From Patescibacteria group bacterium (lineage in GTDB: Bacteria > Patescibacteriota > Minisyncoccia > Phycocordibacterales > JBBTRF01), in the NCBI GenBank assembly GCA_038065315.1, contig JBBTRF010000001.1, positions 592,458-656,457 on the forward strand: 64,000 nt of DNA, written 5' to 3'. The notes below the pieces were generated by a model. It saw only the letters and a program-made list of their open reading frames with translations. It searched no databases and was not told where the DNA came from. A program made the translations under genes and the position numbers. How positions within the stretch are numbered: position 1 is the stretch's first letter; each line of letters begins with the position of its first letter. Of the stretch, positions 8,902 through 17,183 are shown piece after piece.

Positions 8902-8973
8902 CCTTTCGTCGTTCAATGGATAGGACATAAGTTTGCGGAACTTAAAATCTAGGTTCGATTCCTAGCGAGAGGA
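8902..8973 (+). tRNA. tRNA-Arg(GCG)
   Basis: Cloverleaf: acceptor CCTTTCG/CGAGAGG, anticodon arm TAAGT-TTGCGGA-ACTTA, T-arm CTAGG-TTCGATT-CCTAG; CCA not encoded. Confidence 0.9.
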
Positions 8974-8993
8974 CAAGAGGCAGGGCATTTTCT

Positions 8994-9497
8994 CTAGAAC
9001 CCCAAATACTCCAAGATCATCTGCGTCAAAGACTCGGAGAGCTGTTCTTCTTGCACGTGCTGGAGCATGGCCTGGCGCGCTTCGTCGATGGTGACATCGC
9101 CGAGAGGAATCACGATGAGCGGCATCAGGGTCTTGAGAGATTTGATCAGCAGTCGAGGTTCGCCTTCGCCGATCTGTTGCACCCAAAAAGATTCGAGGGA
9201 ATTGTGCAGATACAGGCTGCCGTGGCTCACCACGCCTTTTTCATTGATCTCAAATTCCACAATACGCGGCGGTCGTTTCGAGAGAATCGTGAGAGACGCG
9301 CCGGCGATCACCATGAGGATGGCGAGCATGGTGTTGTCGAGCAACACCGAGGTGGCCGCGATCGCTACGATAATAATCCACAACGCCCAATACCAATCAG
9401 TCGTTTTGGGCTGGTATGAATACTCATAGGCTTGCCAGCGGAGCGTTTGCGGGGCGTAGCTAGGCAGGGAGTTGGCTGTGTGGCTGGCTGTCTGCAT
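8994..9497 (-). CDS. conserved two-TM membrane protein
   Basis: W.AYEY...DWYW, two TM helices and a PH-like C-terminal region. Confidence 0.75.
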   Translation of the reverse strand: MQTASHTANSLPSYAPQTLRWQAYEYSYQPKTTDWYWALWIIIVAIAATSVLLDNTMLAILMVIAGASLTILSKRPPRIVEFEINEKGVVSHGSLYLHNSLESFWVQQIGEGEPRLLIKSLKTLMPLIVIPLGDVTIDEARQAMLQHVQEEQLSESLTQMILEYLGF

Positions 9498-9921
9498 TGA
9501 GCAATTTTATCACAAAAAGTCCGAGCACAAACAAAGCGGTCGAAGTGATGGCTGAACCCATGCACCACAGGCAGATTGCTTTGAGCACGAAAAGTTGGAT
9601 GCCGACGAAGTAGAGGGAAGCGAGGAAGCCGGACCAGGTGAGGTAGCTCGTGTATCGAAGCAGCCGTCGGTCCGCTTTTTCGATGGAGACGATCGAGAGG
9701 ATGAGGATGGCGAGGTAGTAGAGTGCGCCAAGAAGGGCCACGGGTACGCCGGCGATCTCGGAATAGGTGCTGGTGGTCACGACATCACAACCCTCTACCA
9801 GGCCGCACGGGATTGGCGTTTTTAGATAGTGGGCGACGGTGAGATAGCTCGCATCGAGAAAGCCGAGGATGGCCACGATGATGAGCGCCCAGACATATTT
9901 TTTGAGAGAAGGGGAAAGCAT
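9460..9921 (-). CDS. vitamin K epoxide reductase (VKOR) family protein
   Basis: C..VEGCDVVTTS loop cysteines, CLWC motif, four TMs; next to DsbA. Confidence 0.92.
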   Translation of the reverse strand: MLSPSLKKYVWALIIVAILGFLDASYLTVAHYLKTPIPCGLVEGCDVVTTSTYSEIAGVPVALLGALYYLAILILSIVSIEKADRRLLRYTSYLTWSGFLASLYFVGIQLFVLKAICLWCMGSAITSTALFVLGLFVIKLLNADSQPHSQLPA

Positions 9922-9953
9922 GGGATGAAAGGTACTATTGGTCGGTTGGCGGA

Positions 9954-10646
9954 TTATTTTGTCGCAGCGGTGCTCGTGCTCATGCCAGCCGCGGCAAAGA
10001 TCGCATCGCGGAATTCGCCGTAGCTGCGGGGCGAAAGCTTGGTGTTGTTGAGGAAGAAGCTCGGGGTGGAATCCACACCGAAGCCGACGCCCTGGTCGAA
10101 GCTGTCCTCGATCTTGTCGATGATCGCGTTGTCGTTGATATCCTTGCCGAAGGTGTCAATGTTGAGCTTGAGCTTCTGTGCGTAGCCGGCAAAGATGGCG
10201 ATCGCGTCGGTCTTCGACTTTTCAGACCAATCACGCTGATGTTCGTAGATCATGTCGTGCATCTCCCAAAACTTGTCCTGCTTGCCAGCAGCTTCGGCCG
10301 CCTGTGCAGCGATGCGAGCATTGGCATGCTGTTGGAGCGGGAAGTGTCGGAAGATTACGCGGAGATTGTCGCCCAGCTCTTTTTCGATCGAAAGTACGAC
10401 CGTGTGAAAGGTGGCGCAGGCCGGGCACTGGAAGTCGCCGTATTCAATGAGGGTGGTGGAGGCGTTTGGATTGCCGCGAATCCAATCGGACGAGCTGACA
10501 GAGGGGAGGATGTTCACTGTCTGCACAGGGTTTGGCGTGCCGGAATTGGTGACCGACGCGAGCTTCACCATGGCCGCTACGACGCCGACGAGAACGACGC
10601 CGACAAACACCCAGAGCCAGATCGTGTAGTTTTGTTCTTGTTTCAT
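9954..10646 (-). CDS. DsbA family thioredoxin-fold oxidoreductase
   Basis: EYGDFQCPAC, RHFPL and GVDSTPSF; N-terminal anchor. Confidence 0.92.
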   Translation of the reverse strand: MKQEQNYTIWLWVFVGVVLVGVVAAMVKLASVTNSGTPNPVQTVNILPSVSSSDWIRGNPNASTTLIEYGDFQCPACATFHTVVLSIEKELGDNLRVIFRHFPLQQHANARIAAQAAEAAGKQDKFWEMHDMIYEHQRDWSEKSKTDAIAIFAGYAQKLKLNIDTFGKDINDNAIIDKIEDSFDQGVGFGVDSTPSFFLNNTKLSPRSYGEFRDAIFAAAGMSTSTAATK

Positions 10647-10674
10647 GAGGGGATTATAGCAGTGCATGACGCGC

Positions 10675-10704
10675 TTGACAAAATGGTATCAAGTGGTGTA
10701 TAAT
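10675..10704 (+). promoter_or_regulatory. consensus sigma70 promoter of the DGR target gene
   Basis: TTGACA-N18-TATAAT. Confidence 0.75.
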
Positions 10705-10834
10705 ACATCCAGCTAAGAAGCGCTCATTTACAGGCTTTTTGCGAACGCTATGGCGATAAGGTAGCCCTCTAACGTGCAGCCAACAAAAACAAGCGTGCCC
10801 TCGAAAGAGCGGCATTCATACTGGAGATATCCAC

Positions 10835-11506
10835 GTGAATAGCAACGACACCACAGTCCCCGCAACAGCAGCTTACACCACCGAACAGCGCGAGAAATTC
10901 GAACTCCTTCTGCAGCAGAAGGGTATCGTGCCCGTCACCTTCCAGCTCCGCCTGGAATGCGGCATTCTGGCCGATCTCCTCGACCCTCGCGCGGACCTCA
11001 CCAAGCGCCTCGCGGTCCGTGCAGCGCTCGGCCTCGGTCCGCTGCCCTCAGAACCCGGCTCCCACATCGTGGACTACAGCCAGGCGCTCGAGGTCATGGT
11101 CGCGGCTGGCAACTACGACTGGACGAACGACGGCATCACGCCCAAGTGCTTCCCGATCGTTGGCGAAGGCAAGGTTGAATTCGAAGACGCCCTCTTCCAC
11201 TTCGACAAGGACGTCTCCTCGGCGGCTGCGATCGCGCAGATCTGCGCCGCCGACCCGGCCAATCCCTGGGAGCCAGCCAAGATCGAAAACATCCTCGCTT
11301 ACGGGGCCAAGAACCCCGAGGAGCAGCGGAAGTTCCCGATAATCGCGCTCGGCTCCGTCGCGGAGGTCCGTGGCGGCCGCCGCGTGCCGTATCTCGGCGG
11401 GGACGGTTCCGTGCGCAGCCTCGACCTCGGATGGTTCGACGGCGGCTGGGGTGCCAACGACCGTTTCCTAGCGGTTCGCAAAAAGTCTCGGACCTCGGTT
11501 TCTTGA
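10835..11506 (+). CDS. DGR target protein with C-terminal variable region (CLec-like fold inferred)
   Basis: 3' end aligns with the TR; ends in W...RFLAVR; GGAGA before the GTG start. Confidence 0.9.
   Translation: MNSNDTTVPATAAYTTEQREKFELLLQQKGIVPVTFQLRLECGILADLLDPRADLTKRLAVRAALGLGPLPSEPGSHIVDYSQALEVMVAAGNYDWTNDGITPKCFPIVGEGKVEFEDALFHFDKDVSSAAAIAQICAADPANPWEPAKIENILAYGAKNPEEQRKFPIIALGSVAEVRGGRRVPYLGGDGSVRSLDLGWFDGGWGANDRFLAVRKKSRTSVS
11343..11479 (+). repeat. DGR variable repeat (VR)
   Basis: 137-nt ungapped match to the TR; 25 of 26 mismatches lie opposite TR adenines (hand count). Confidence 0.97.
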
Positions 11507-11586
11507 TCCCTCGGCAAGCGCTTGCGCTTCAGGCCCTTGGCCCCTTGGAATCTTGGACCCTTCGGCCCCGGACAGTCAGTTTCATC

Positions 11587-11627
11587 CCGTGCGTGTGCTT
11601 CAGAGCTACGCACGGTTTTTTCTTTTT
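11587..11627 (+). terminator. terminator of the DGR target gene
   Basis: CCGTGCGT...ACGCACGG followed by a T tract. Confidence 0.75.
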
Positions 11628-11864
11628 CGACTTTCGTATATACTATCCAGCGACAAGTGAAAAATCTAAGGTTACGGCTTTGGGTAATTTGTCCGCAACC
11701 CGCGGGGCGAGAGTTCGGGTGGTCACGGCTGTCCGAAGAGTGCCTTGCGGTGTGTCCTTAAAAAATTAGAGACAGTTGGTGCGAGAAACTGGGTGATAGA
11801 ATAATGTCACGAATTCGATACAGTCCCTGCGAAGCTATCGGGGGACAGTGCCACAGATGGTCTC

Positions 11865-12001
11865 TCGCACAAGGCTCCGTCGCGAAGGTCAATGGCAACC
11901 GCAACGTGCCGTATCTCAACAAGGACGGTTCCAAGCGCAACCTCAACCTCAAATGGTTCGACAACGACTGGAATGCCAACTACCGTTTCCTAGCGGTTCG
12001 C
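11865..12001 (+). repeat. DGR template repeat (TR)
   Basis: AAC/AAT/AAG-rich copy of the VR, offset by 522 nt. Confidence 0.97.
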
Positions 12002-12006
12002 TACTT

Positions 12007-12375
12007 TCACGATTTCTCCTGAGAAACTATCTCGGGAGTTTTTTGTAACAGCTGCCGTTTCCAGCCGCCGAGCATCTTGCCGATCTCGGCGAACTTCTCA
12101 GCGAGCACAGCGTATTTTTTGTTGTCCAGAGCCTTTATTTCCCAGGCCAATTGCATTAGCAGCTTGATGAGGTCAACCTTGGAGATACCCCTGTTCAACA
12201 GGGCCTGTTTTTCCGTCGTGTGGGTGTAGCTTGCCATGAAGGTGTACTCGATCGCTTCGAGAAATAGTATGTCTATCTTCGAGCCGATGGTGAAGCGGTT
12301 GGCTTTCGGGAAATGGGTGAGATATTCTTGCCAGATACTATAAACATCCTTGAGCTTCAGTACGACCGGGATCAA
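12007..12375 (-). CDS. avd: Avd-like four-helix-bundle DGR accessory protein
   Basis: FPKANRFTIGSKI...EIGKMLGGW; only a TTG start is in frame, upstream ATG at 12412 is out of frame across a C9 run. Confidence 0.88.
   Translation of the reverse strand: MIPVVLKLKDVYSIWQEYLTHFPKANRFTIGSKIDILFLEAIEYTFMASYTHTTEKQALLNRGISKVDLIKLLMQLAWEIKALDNKKYAVLAEKFAEIGKMLGGWKRQLLQKTPEIVSQEKS
12016..12044 (+). terminator. hairpin/terminator closing the TR RNA (antisense within the avd 3' end)
   Basis: CTCCTGAGA-AACTA-TCTCGGGAG followed by T6. Confidence 0.6.
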
Positions 12376-12440
12376 TCTTGGAGATGAGGGGGGGGGTCTT
12401 AACAGGTTGCATTTTGGTTTTTGAATTAAAATAGATAAAC

Positions 12441-13427
12441 GTGTACAACCATATCATTTCTATCGAAAATTTGCTCGAAGCGTGGAAGGAGTTTCTAAAA
12501 GGGAAGCGTCGCAAGAAAGACGTGCAGGATTTTCAATACAGGCTCTCAGATAATATTTTCGCACTTCATCTCGAACTCAAAAACAAGACCTATGTCCACG
12601 GTGGATACCATGCGTTTAACATTTCCGATCCGAAGCCGAGAAATATTCACAAGGCGAGCGTGAGAGATCGACTGTTGCATCATGCTGTCTATCGTCAGCT
12701 TTACCCATTTTTCGATCCGACATTCATCCATGATTCGTATTCGTGCCGCAAGTTGCGGGGTACCCATCGAGCGCTAGAAAGATTCAGGCGTTTTGCCTGG
12801 CAGGCAAGCAAAAATAACACGAAAACTCTTTGGATGTTGAAATGTGATGTGCGGAAATTCTTCGCCTCTATCGATCAAAAAATACTTCTCGACACTTTGC
12901 GGCAGTATCTTCCTGATAAAAATGTTATCTGGCTCATCGGAAGGGTGGTCGAGAGTTTTCAAAGCACTGCTCCGGGGAAGGGGTTGCCACTCGGAAATCT
13001 CACGTCGCAGCTATTGGTGAATGTGTACATGAACGCATTCGACAAGTTCATGAAACAGGGATTGAAAGGGAAATACTACATCCGATACGCGGATGACTTT
13101 GTGGTCATGGACACCGACAAGGAGCGGCTTCATTGGGTGCTGGAAGAAACCGAACATTTCTTGCGAGAAAAATTGGCACTCACTCTCCATCCTGACAAAA
13201 TCAGTATCAGCACGTTTGCCTCGGGTGTCGATTTTCTCGGCTGGGTGCATTTCCCCGATCATCGAGTGCTGCGAACGGCCACGAAGAAGCGGATGTTCAA
13301 GAAGTTGAAAGCCGCTGGACCCGAGTCAAGAATGTCCTACTTGGGAATGCTGAAGCATGGAAATACATTTCGATTGAAGCAGAAAATAGAAACCCCGCCG
13401 TTTGGCGGGGTTTCTCGAAGCCTGTGA
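12441..13427 (+). CDS. DGR reverse transcriptase
   Basis: KPRNI, RDRLLHHA, KCDVRKFF, GLPLGNLTSQ, RYADDF and DFLGW; no maturase or endonuclease domain. Confidence 0.96.
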   Translation: MYNHIISIENLLEAWKEFLKGKRRKKDVQDFQYRLSDNIFALHLELKNKTYVHGGYHAFNISDPKPRNIHKASVRDRLLHHAVYRQLYPFFDPTFIHDSYSCRKLRGTHRALERFRRFAWQASKNNTKTLWMLKCDVRKFFASIDQKILLDTLRQYLPDKNVIWLIGRVVESFQSTAPGKGLPLGNLTSQLLVNVYMNAFDKFMKQGLKGKYYIRYADDFVVMDTDKERLHWVLEETEHFLREKLALTLHPDKISISTFASGVDFLGWVHFPDHRVLRTATKKRMFKKLKAAGPESRMSYLGMLKHGNTFRLKQKIETPPFGGVSRSL

Positions 13428-13437
13428 AGGCACTGTG

Positions 13438-13522
13438 CGGAGGGGGTGAGATTCGAACTCACGATGCCTTTCGGCATGCCGCATTTCAAGTGCGGTACGT
13501 TAGACCACTCTGACACCCCTCC
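13438..13522 (-). tRNA. tRNA-Ser(TGA)
   Basis: Acceptor GGAGGGG/CCCCTCC, anticodon arm CCGCA-CTTGAAA-TGCGG, long variable arm; CCA not encoded. Confidence 0.95.
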
Positions 13523-14496
13523 CTGATACGCTTGTGCTGCCTATGTCGTTGTGGATTTGAACTCCCGACAACCTCCATATACTTGCATATTTCATTGAGA
13601 TTTTCAAGCTGTACGGCCTTGCCGCCCCTCCGGATCTTTGGATGTAAATCGAGAGAGGAAAGTATTTCGTAAAGCTGCTCGATGAGCCCGGGTATATAAA
13701 TGGTGATGTTTAATCTCGCGTAAGAATACTTCCTGTTTTTGTACGAAGAATGAGTCTCCAAAAAGATGCATCCGTCGGTGTCCAGGGCACCCCGCAGGCA
13801 AGCTTTTCGATACTCTTGATTCGCCATAATCCATTCCGGAATTCGCGCATCAGATGTTATTTTACTTCCTACCGAAAAACCACATTCTTTCATGAAAAAG
13901 AGTACGCATTCTCGGCTCGATATTCGGACGTCGCAAGCGCCGTGATTTTCTCGATCGTGCAGGCTGACAGGGATTCCGAAAAGATCTTTGGATAGCGTTT
14001 GAACATATTTTGCATAAGCTCGTTCCTCTTTTGAAAGGGTAATAGTGATCTGATACGGGTTTATGCCGCCGTCACCCAGGATGATTCCTGCGAGTTCGGC
14101 AAGACGGGTGCTATGCTCGGGAGTCTTCATGGTGTGTTTGAAACGCTTTTCGTGCCGACCCTTTCTTTGCCACCAGTCCACCCACGCTTGTTTTCGAACG
14201 GTCTCGCTCACCGGTACGCGGGAGTACTTGGCGATCAAGCCTTCTCCGCCTTTGCTTGAAATGCTCGCTAGATGTTTCTTTTGGTCGAAGGAGGGAAGCC
14301 CTTTTGGCGCAGCTACACCACTCACTATTTCGATTTGTTTTGCTCTAGCTGCATATAGTGGGTAGCGGCCTTCGCGGTATTCTCCCAGTGTTCGTGGATG
14401 GACACCGAGTCGGTGTGCGAATTCGAACAGACTGCCTTTAAATTCAGCCAAAGCTTTTGCGACAAACCTCTTCTGTATATTAGATATATCAGCCAT
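13486..14496 (-). CDS. double-motif LAGLIDADG endonuclease-like protein with N-terminal HTH-like region
   Basis: LAELAGIILGDGGI and CLRGALDTDGCI; the last 37 nt overlap tRNA-Ser; start uncertain. Confidence 0.85.
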   Translation of the reverse strand: MADISNIQKRFVAKALAEFKGSLFEFAHRLGVHPRTLGEYREGRYPLYAARAKQIEIVSGVAAPKGLPSFDQKKHLASISSKGGEGLIAKYSRVPVSETVRKQAWVDWWQRKGRHEKRFKHTMKTPEHSTRLAELAGIILGDGGINPYQITITLSKEERAYAKYVQTLSKDLFGIPVSLHDRENHGACDVRISSRECVLFFMKECGFSVGSKITSDARIPEWIMANQEYRKACLRGALDTDGCIFLETHSSYKNRKYSYARLNITIYIPGLIEQLYEILSSLDLHPKIRRGGKAVQLENLNEICKYMEVVGSSNPQRHRQHKRIREGCQSGLTYRT

Positions 14497-14541
14497 GCAT
14501 CCTATTATACCAAAATCATCAGGATGGAGTAGAATGGTCGC

Positions 14542-14925
14542 ATGCGTCACCTAGGTATCGATTTCGGCAAAAAGCGAGTGGGGGTGGCCCTTTCGGACGA
14601 GGCAGGCAATTTTGCTTTGCCGCATAGTGTGCTGGCCAACGATGCGCACCTCGTCGAGCAATTGAAGGCCTTGTGTGCCGAGCAGTCTGTTGGGACGATT
14701 GTGATGGGGGAGTCGAAGGATTTCAAGCAGGTGGCCAATCCAATCATGAAGGCGGCGCTGGTGTTCAAGGCCGAGTTGGAAAAGGCGACTGGCTTGCCGG
14801 TGCATCTGGAGCCGGAATTCATGACCTCGGCCGAAGCGGAGCATCTCCAAGGGAAAAATGCGATGCTCGACGCTTCGGCCGCTGCTCTCATCCTGAAAAG
14901 CTACCTAGAAAAGCATCGGGGCTAA
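14542..14925 (+). CDS. ruvX: RuvX/YqgF family nuclease
   Basis: LGIDFGKKRVGVALSD...E.MTS..A...DASAAALIL. Confidence 0.93.
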   Translation: MRHLGIDFGKKRVGVALSDEAGNFALPHSVLANDAHLVEQLKALCAEQSVGTIVMGESKDFKQVANPIMKAALVFKAELEKATGLPVHLEPEFMTSAEAEHLQGKNAMLDASAAALILKSYLEKHRG

Positions 14926-14946
14926 TCGGGTATAATATTCACTACT

Positions 14947-15354
14947 ATGGATCCAAAACCAATCACATCGACCGCGGCCACAACTCCCGTACCGACCCCT
15001 GCAGCAGTAGCGCCAAAACCCGTTTTCGCCACCTTCGATGATTTCAAAAAGATCGAAATCCGCTCCGGCAAGATTTTGAGCGCAGAAAAGATTCCAGAGA
15101 CCGACAAACTTTTGAAACTTTCGGTGGACTTTGCTGAAGCGGCACCACGACAGATCGTCTCAGGTATTTCCACATACTTTCCCGACCCGGCCGTGCTCGT
15201 GGGGAAGACATGTATGTTTGTTGCCAATCTCGAGCCGCGCACAATCCGCGGTTTTCAGAGCAACGGCATGTTGTTTGCGGTGTCGACGGCTGATGGAAAG
15301 TTTTCTCTTCTTGAGCCAAACGGCGATATTCCGCCAGGCACTATTGCGAAATAA
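14947..15354 (+). CDS. stand-alone tRNA-binding OB-fold protein (MetRS C-domain/Trbp111/CsaA-like)
   Basis: DDFKKIEIRSGKI...RQIVSGI...NLEPR..RGFQSNGML. Confidence 0.9.
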   Translation: MDPKPITSTAATTPVPTPAAVAPKPVFATFDDFKKIEIRSGKILSAEKIPETDKLLKLSVDFAEAAPRQIVSGISTYFPDPAVLVGKTCMFVANLEPRTIRGFQSNGMLFAVSTADGKFSLLEPNGDIPPGTIAK

Positions 15355-15395
15355 GGGCCGTCGTTTTTTGCGTTCACTTAAACATTTATCTACCC

Positions 15396-16007
15396 ATGGA
15401 ATCATTTCTTTTCCTCCTCGATCCGACATTTCTGGTGAAGACTGCTGGCTTGGCGGGCGTGATTGCTATTGTATTTGCTGAATCCGGTCTGTTTTTCGGC
15501 TTCTTTTTTCCTGGCGATTCGCTCCTCTTCACAGCCGGACTGCTCTCTTCGCAGGGATTGTTGCCGATCGGCTGGTTGCTCATCGGGACGGCGATCGCGG
15601 CGATCCTCGGTGACTCTGTTGGGTATTGGTTTGGCAAAAAGACGGGGCCGGCGATCTTTTCGCGCGAGGATTCGCTATTTTTTCACAAGAAGCATGTTGA
15701 GCGGGCGCAGCGATTTTATGAACTCCACGGCAAGAAGACCATCATCCTCGCGCGATTCATCCCGATTGTCCGCACCTTCGCCCCAATCCTCGCCGGGGTG
15801 GGGAAGATGGACTATCGCACCTTCCTCTCGTACAACATCATCGGAGGCCTCGCGTGGTCGCTCGGCCTCACTTCCCTCGGCTACTTCCTCGGCGGCTTGA
15901 TCCCATCGATCGACCGTTACCTCCTGCCGATCGTGCTTGGCATCATCGCCATCTCCTTCATCCCCATCATTCGCGAGTACCTCCGCTCTCGACGGAACTC
16001 CCAATAG
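15396..16007 (+). CDS. DedA/VTT family membrane protein
   Basis: FAESGL..GFFFPGDSLLF and ARFIPIVRTFAP. Confidence 0.95.
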   Translation: MESFLFLLDPTFLVKTAGLAGVIAIVFAESGLFFGFFFPGDSLLFTAGLLSSQGLLPIGWLLIGTAIAAILGDSVGYWFGKKTGPAIFSREDSLFFHKKHVERAQRFYELHGKKTIILARFIPIVRTFAPILAGVGKMDYRTFLSYNIIGGLAWSLGLTSLGYFLGGLIPSIDRYLLPIVLGIIAISFIPIIREYLRSRRNSQ

Positions 16008-16049
16008 TCCTCTCGACGCTCGCGAGACACGGCGGTATACTAGTAGTGC

Positions 16050-17183
16050 ATGTTGTCCTTTTCTCGATCCTCATTTCTTGGCCGGTATTTTCCGCCGCCG
16101 ACCTTCCTCACGATGCCCGCCGCTGGCGTGGATCTTTCGTATCACTCGATGCGCGTAATTACGTTTAGTCGATCGCACAAAGGCCTCGCCCTCGACAAAG
16201 CCATCACTCGGAGCATTCCGGGCGGCGCTATTTATGGCGACGAAGTGCAATCGAACAAAGAGCTGAAGGACGCGCTCATTGCGGCCAAGAAAGAGCTCGG
16301 CCTATCTTTCGTTCGCGTGACTCTTCCAGAGGACAAAGCCTATATTTTCCGAACCAGCTTGCCACAGATGCCAGCTGCACAGGCCCGACAGGCGATCGAA
16401 TTTCAGCTCGAAGAGAATGTCCCACTTTTGCCGGCCGAAGCGGTGTTTGATTTTGTTATTTTGCCCCCATCTTCAAAATTGGCTACATCTGCACCGAATG
16501 CGACAACGATTGATGTCGTCGTTGCTGTCTTCCCAAAAAAGTTTATCGAAGGTTATGTCGAACTGTTTCGCTCTGTTGGCTTGGTACCTACGGCGTTCTA
16601 TATGAATGCCGATGCCATTGCGCGTTCGATTGTGCGAGAGGGTGACATGGGGACGTATCTTATTACCAATATCGGTACGAAGACCACCGGTATCTATGTG
16701 GTGAGTGAGGGGGCAGTACAATTTACCGCCACCCTGTCTTTTGGCGGAGAGTCACTCACCAAAGCCATCGAAAAACATCTTTCGGTGACTCATGAAGAGG
16801 CCCTGAAGATCAAGCGTGGGGAAGTGATGATGAAGAATCGCGAGGCAGTGGATCTCTTCTACTCGCTCGCGAACACTGCTTCGGCTTTGCGCGACGAAAT
16901 GAATCGCATCGTGTCGTATTGGCAGAGTCATAAAGACAAGAGCGGGGCAGTGGGCAAACCGATCCAGAAGATCTATCTCTGCGGCAGCGGGGCGCACCTG
17001 TCCGGTTTCGATGAATATATTTCTACCACCATGAAGATCGAGACCGAGGTCGGCAATGTCTGGCAGAATGCATTTGCCTTCGAAGATGCTATTCCGCACA
17101 TCACGCGGCCAGACGCCTTGAGCTACGCTTCGGCGATCGGTTCGGCTTTGGCGTCGTTCAATTCTCCCCAATCCCATGTTTAA
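16050..17183 (+). CDS. pilM: type IV pilus assembly protein PilM (actin-like)
   Basis: GVDLS, NIGTKTT, FGGESLT and IYLCGSGA actin-fold motifs; start of a pilMNO-type cluster. Confidence 0.85.
   Translation: MLSFSRSSFLGRYFPPPTFLTMPAAGVDLSYHSMRVITFSRSHKGLALDKAITRSIPGGAIYGDEVQSNKELKDALIAAKKELGLSFVRVTLPEDKAYIFRTSLPQMPAAQARQAIEFQLEENVPLLPAEAVFDFVILPPSSKLATSAPNATTIDVVVAVFPKKFIEGYVELFRSVGLVPTAFYMNADAIARSIVREGDMGTYLITNIGTKTTGIYVVSEGAVQFTATLSFGGESLTKAIEKHLSVTHEEALKIKRGEVMMKNREAVDLFYSLANTASALRDEMNRIVSYWQSHKDKSGAVGKPIQKIYLCGSGAHLSGFDEYISTTMKIETEVGNVWQNAFAFEDAIPHITRPDALSYASAIGSALASFNSPQSHV

Noticed and set aside
11804-12022. 72-aa ORF resembling the DGR target C-terminus
   Set aside because: It is the template repeat read in frame and is open because it mirrors the VR; no credible start context.
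12384-12440. G9 tract as a frameshift in an N-terminal extension of the RT (ATG at 12384)
   Set aside because: All three plus-strand frames hit stops before 12441; only the avd strand can be restored by slippage.
12441-13427. RT as group II intron or retron
   Set aside because: Short RT with the LTSQ motif and no maturase domain, accompanied by TR/VR and avd, so it is a DGR RT.
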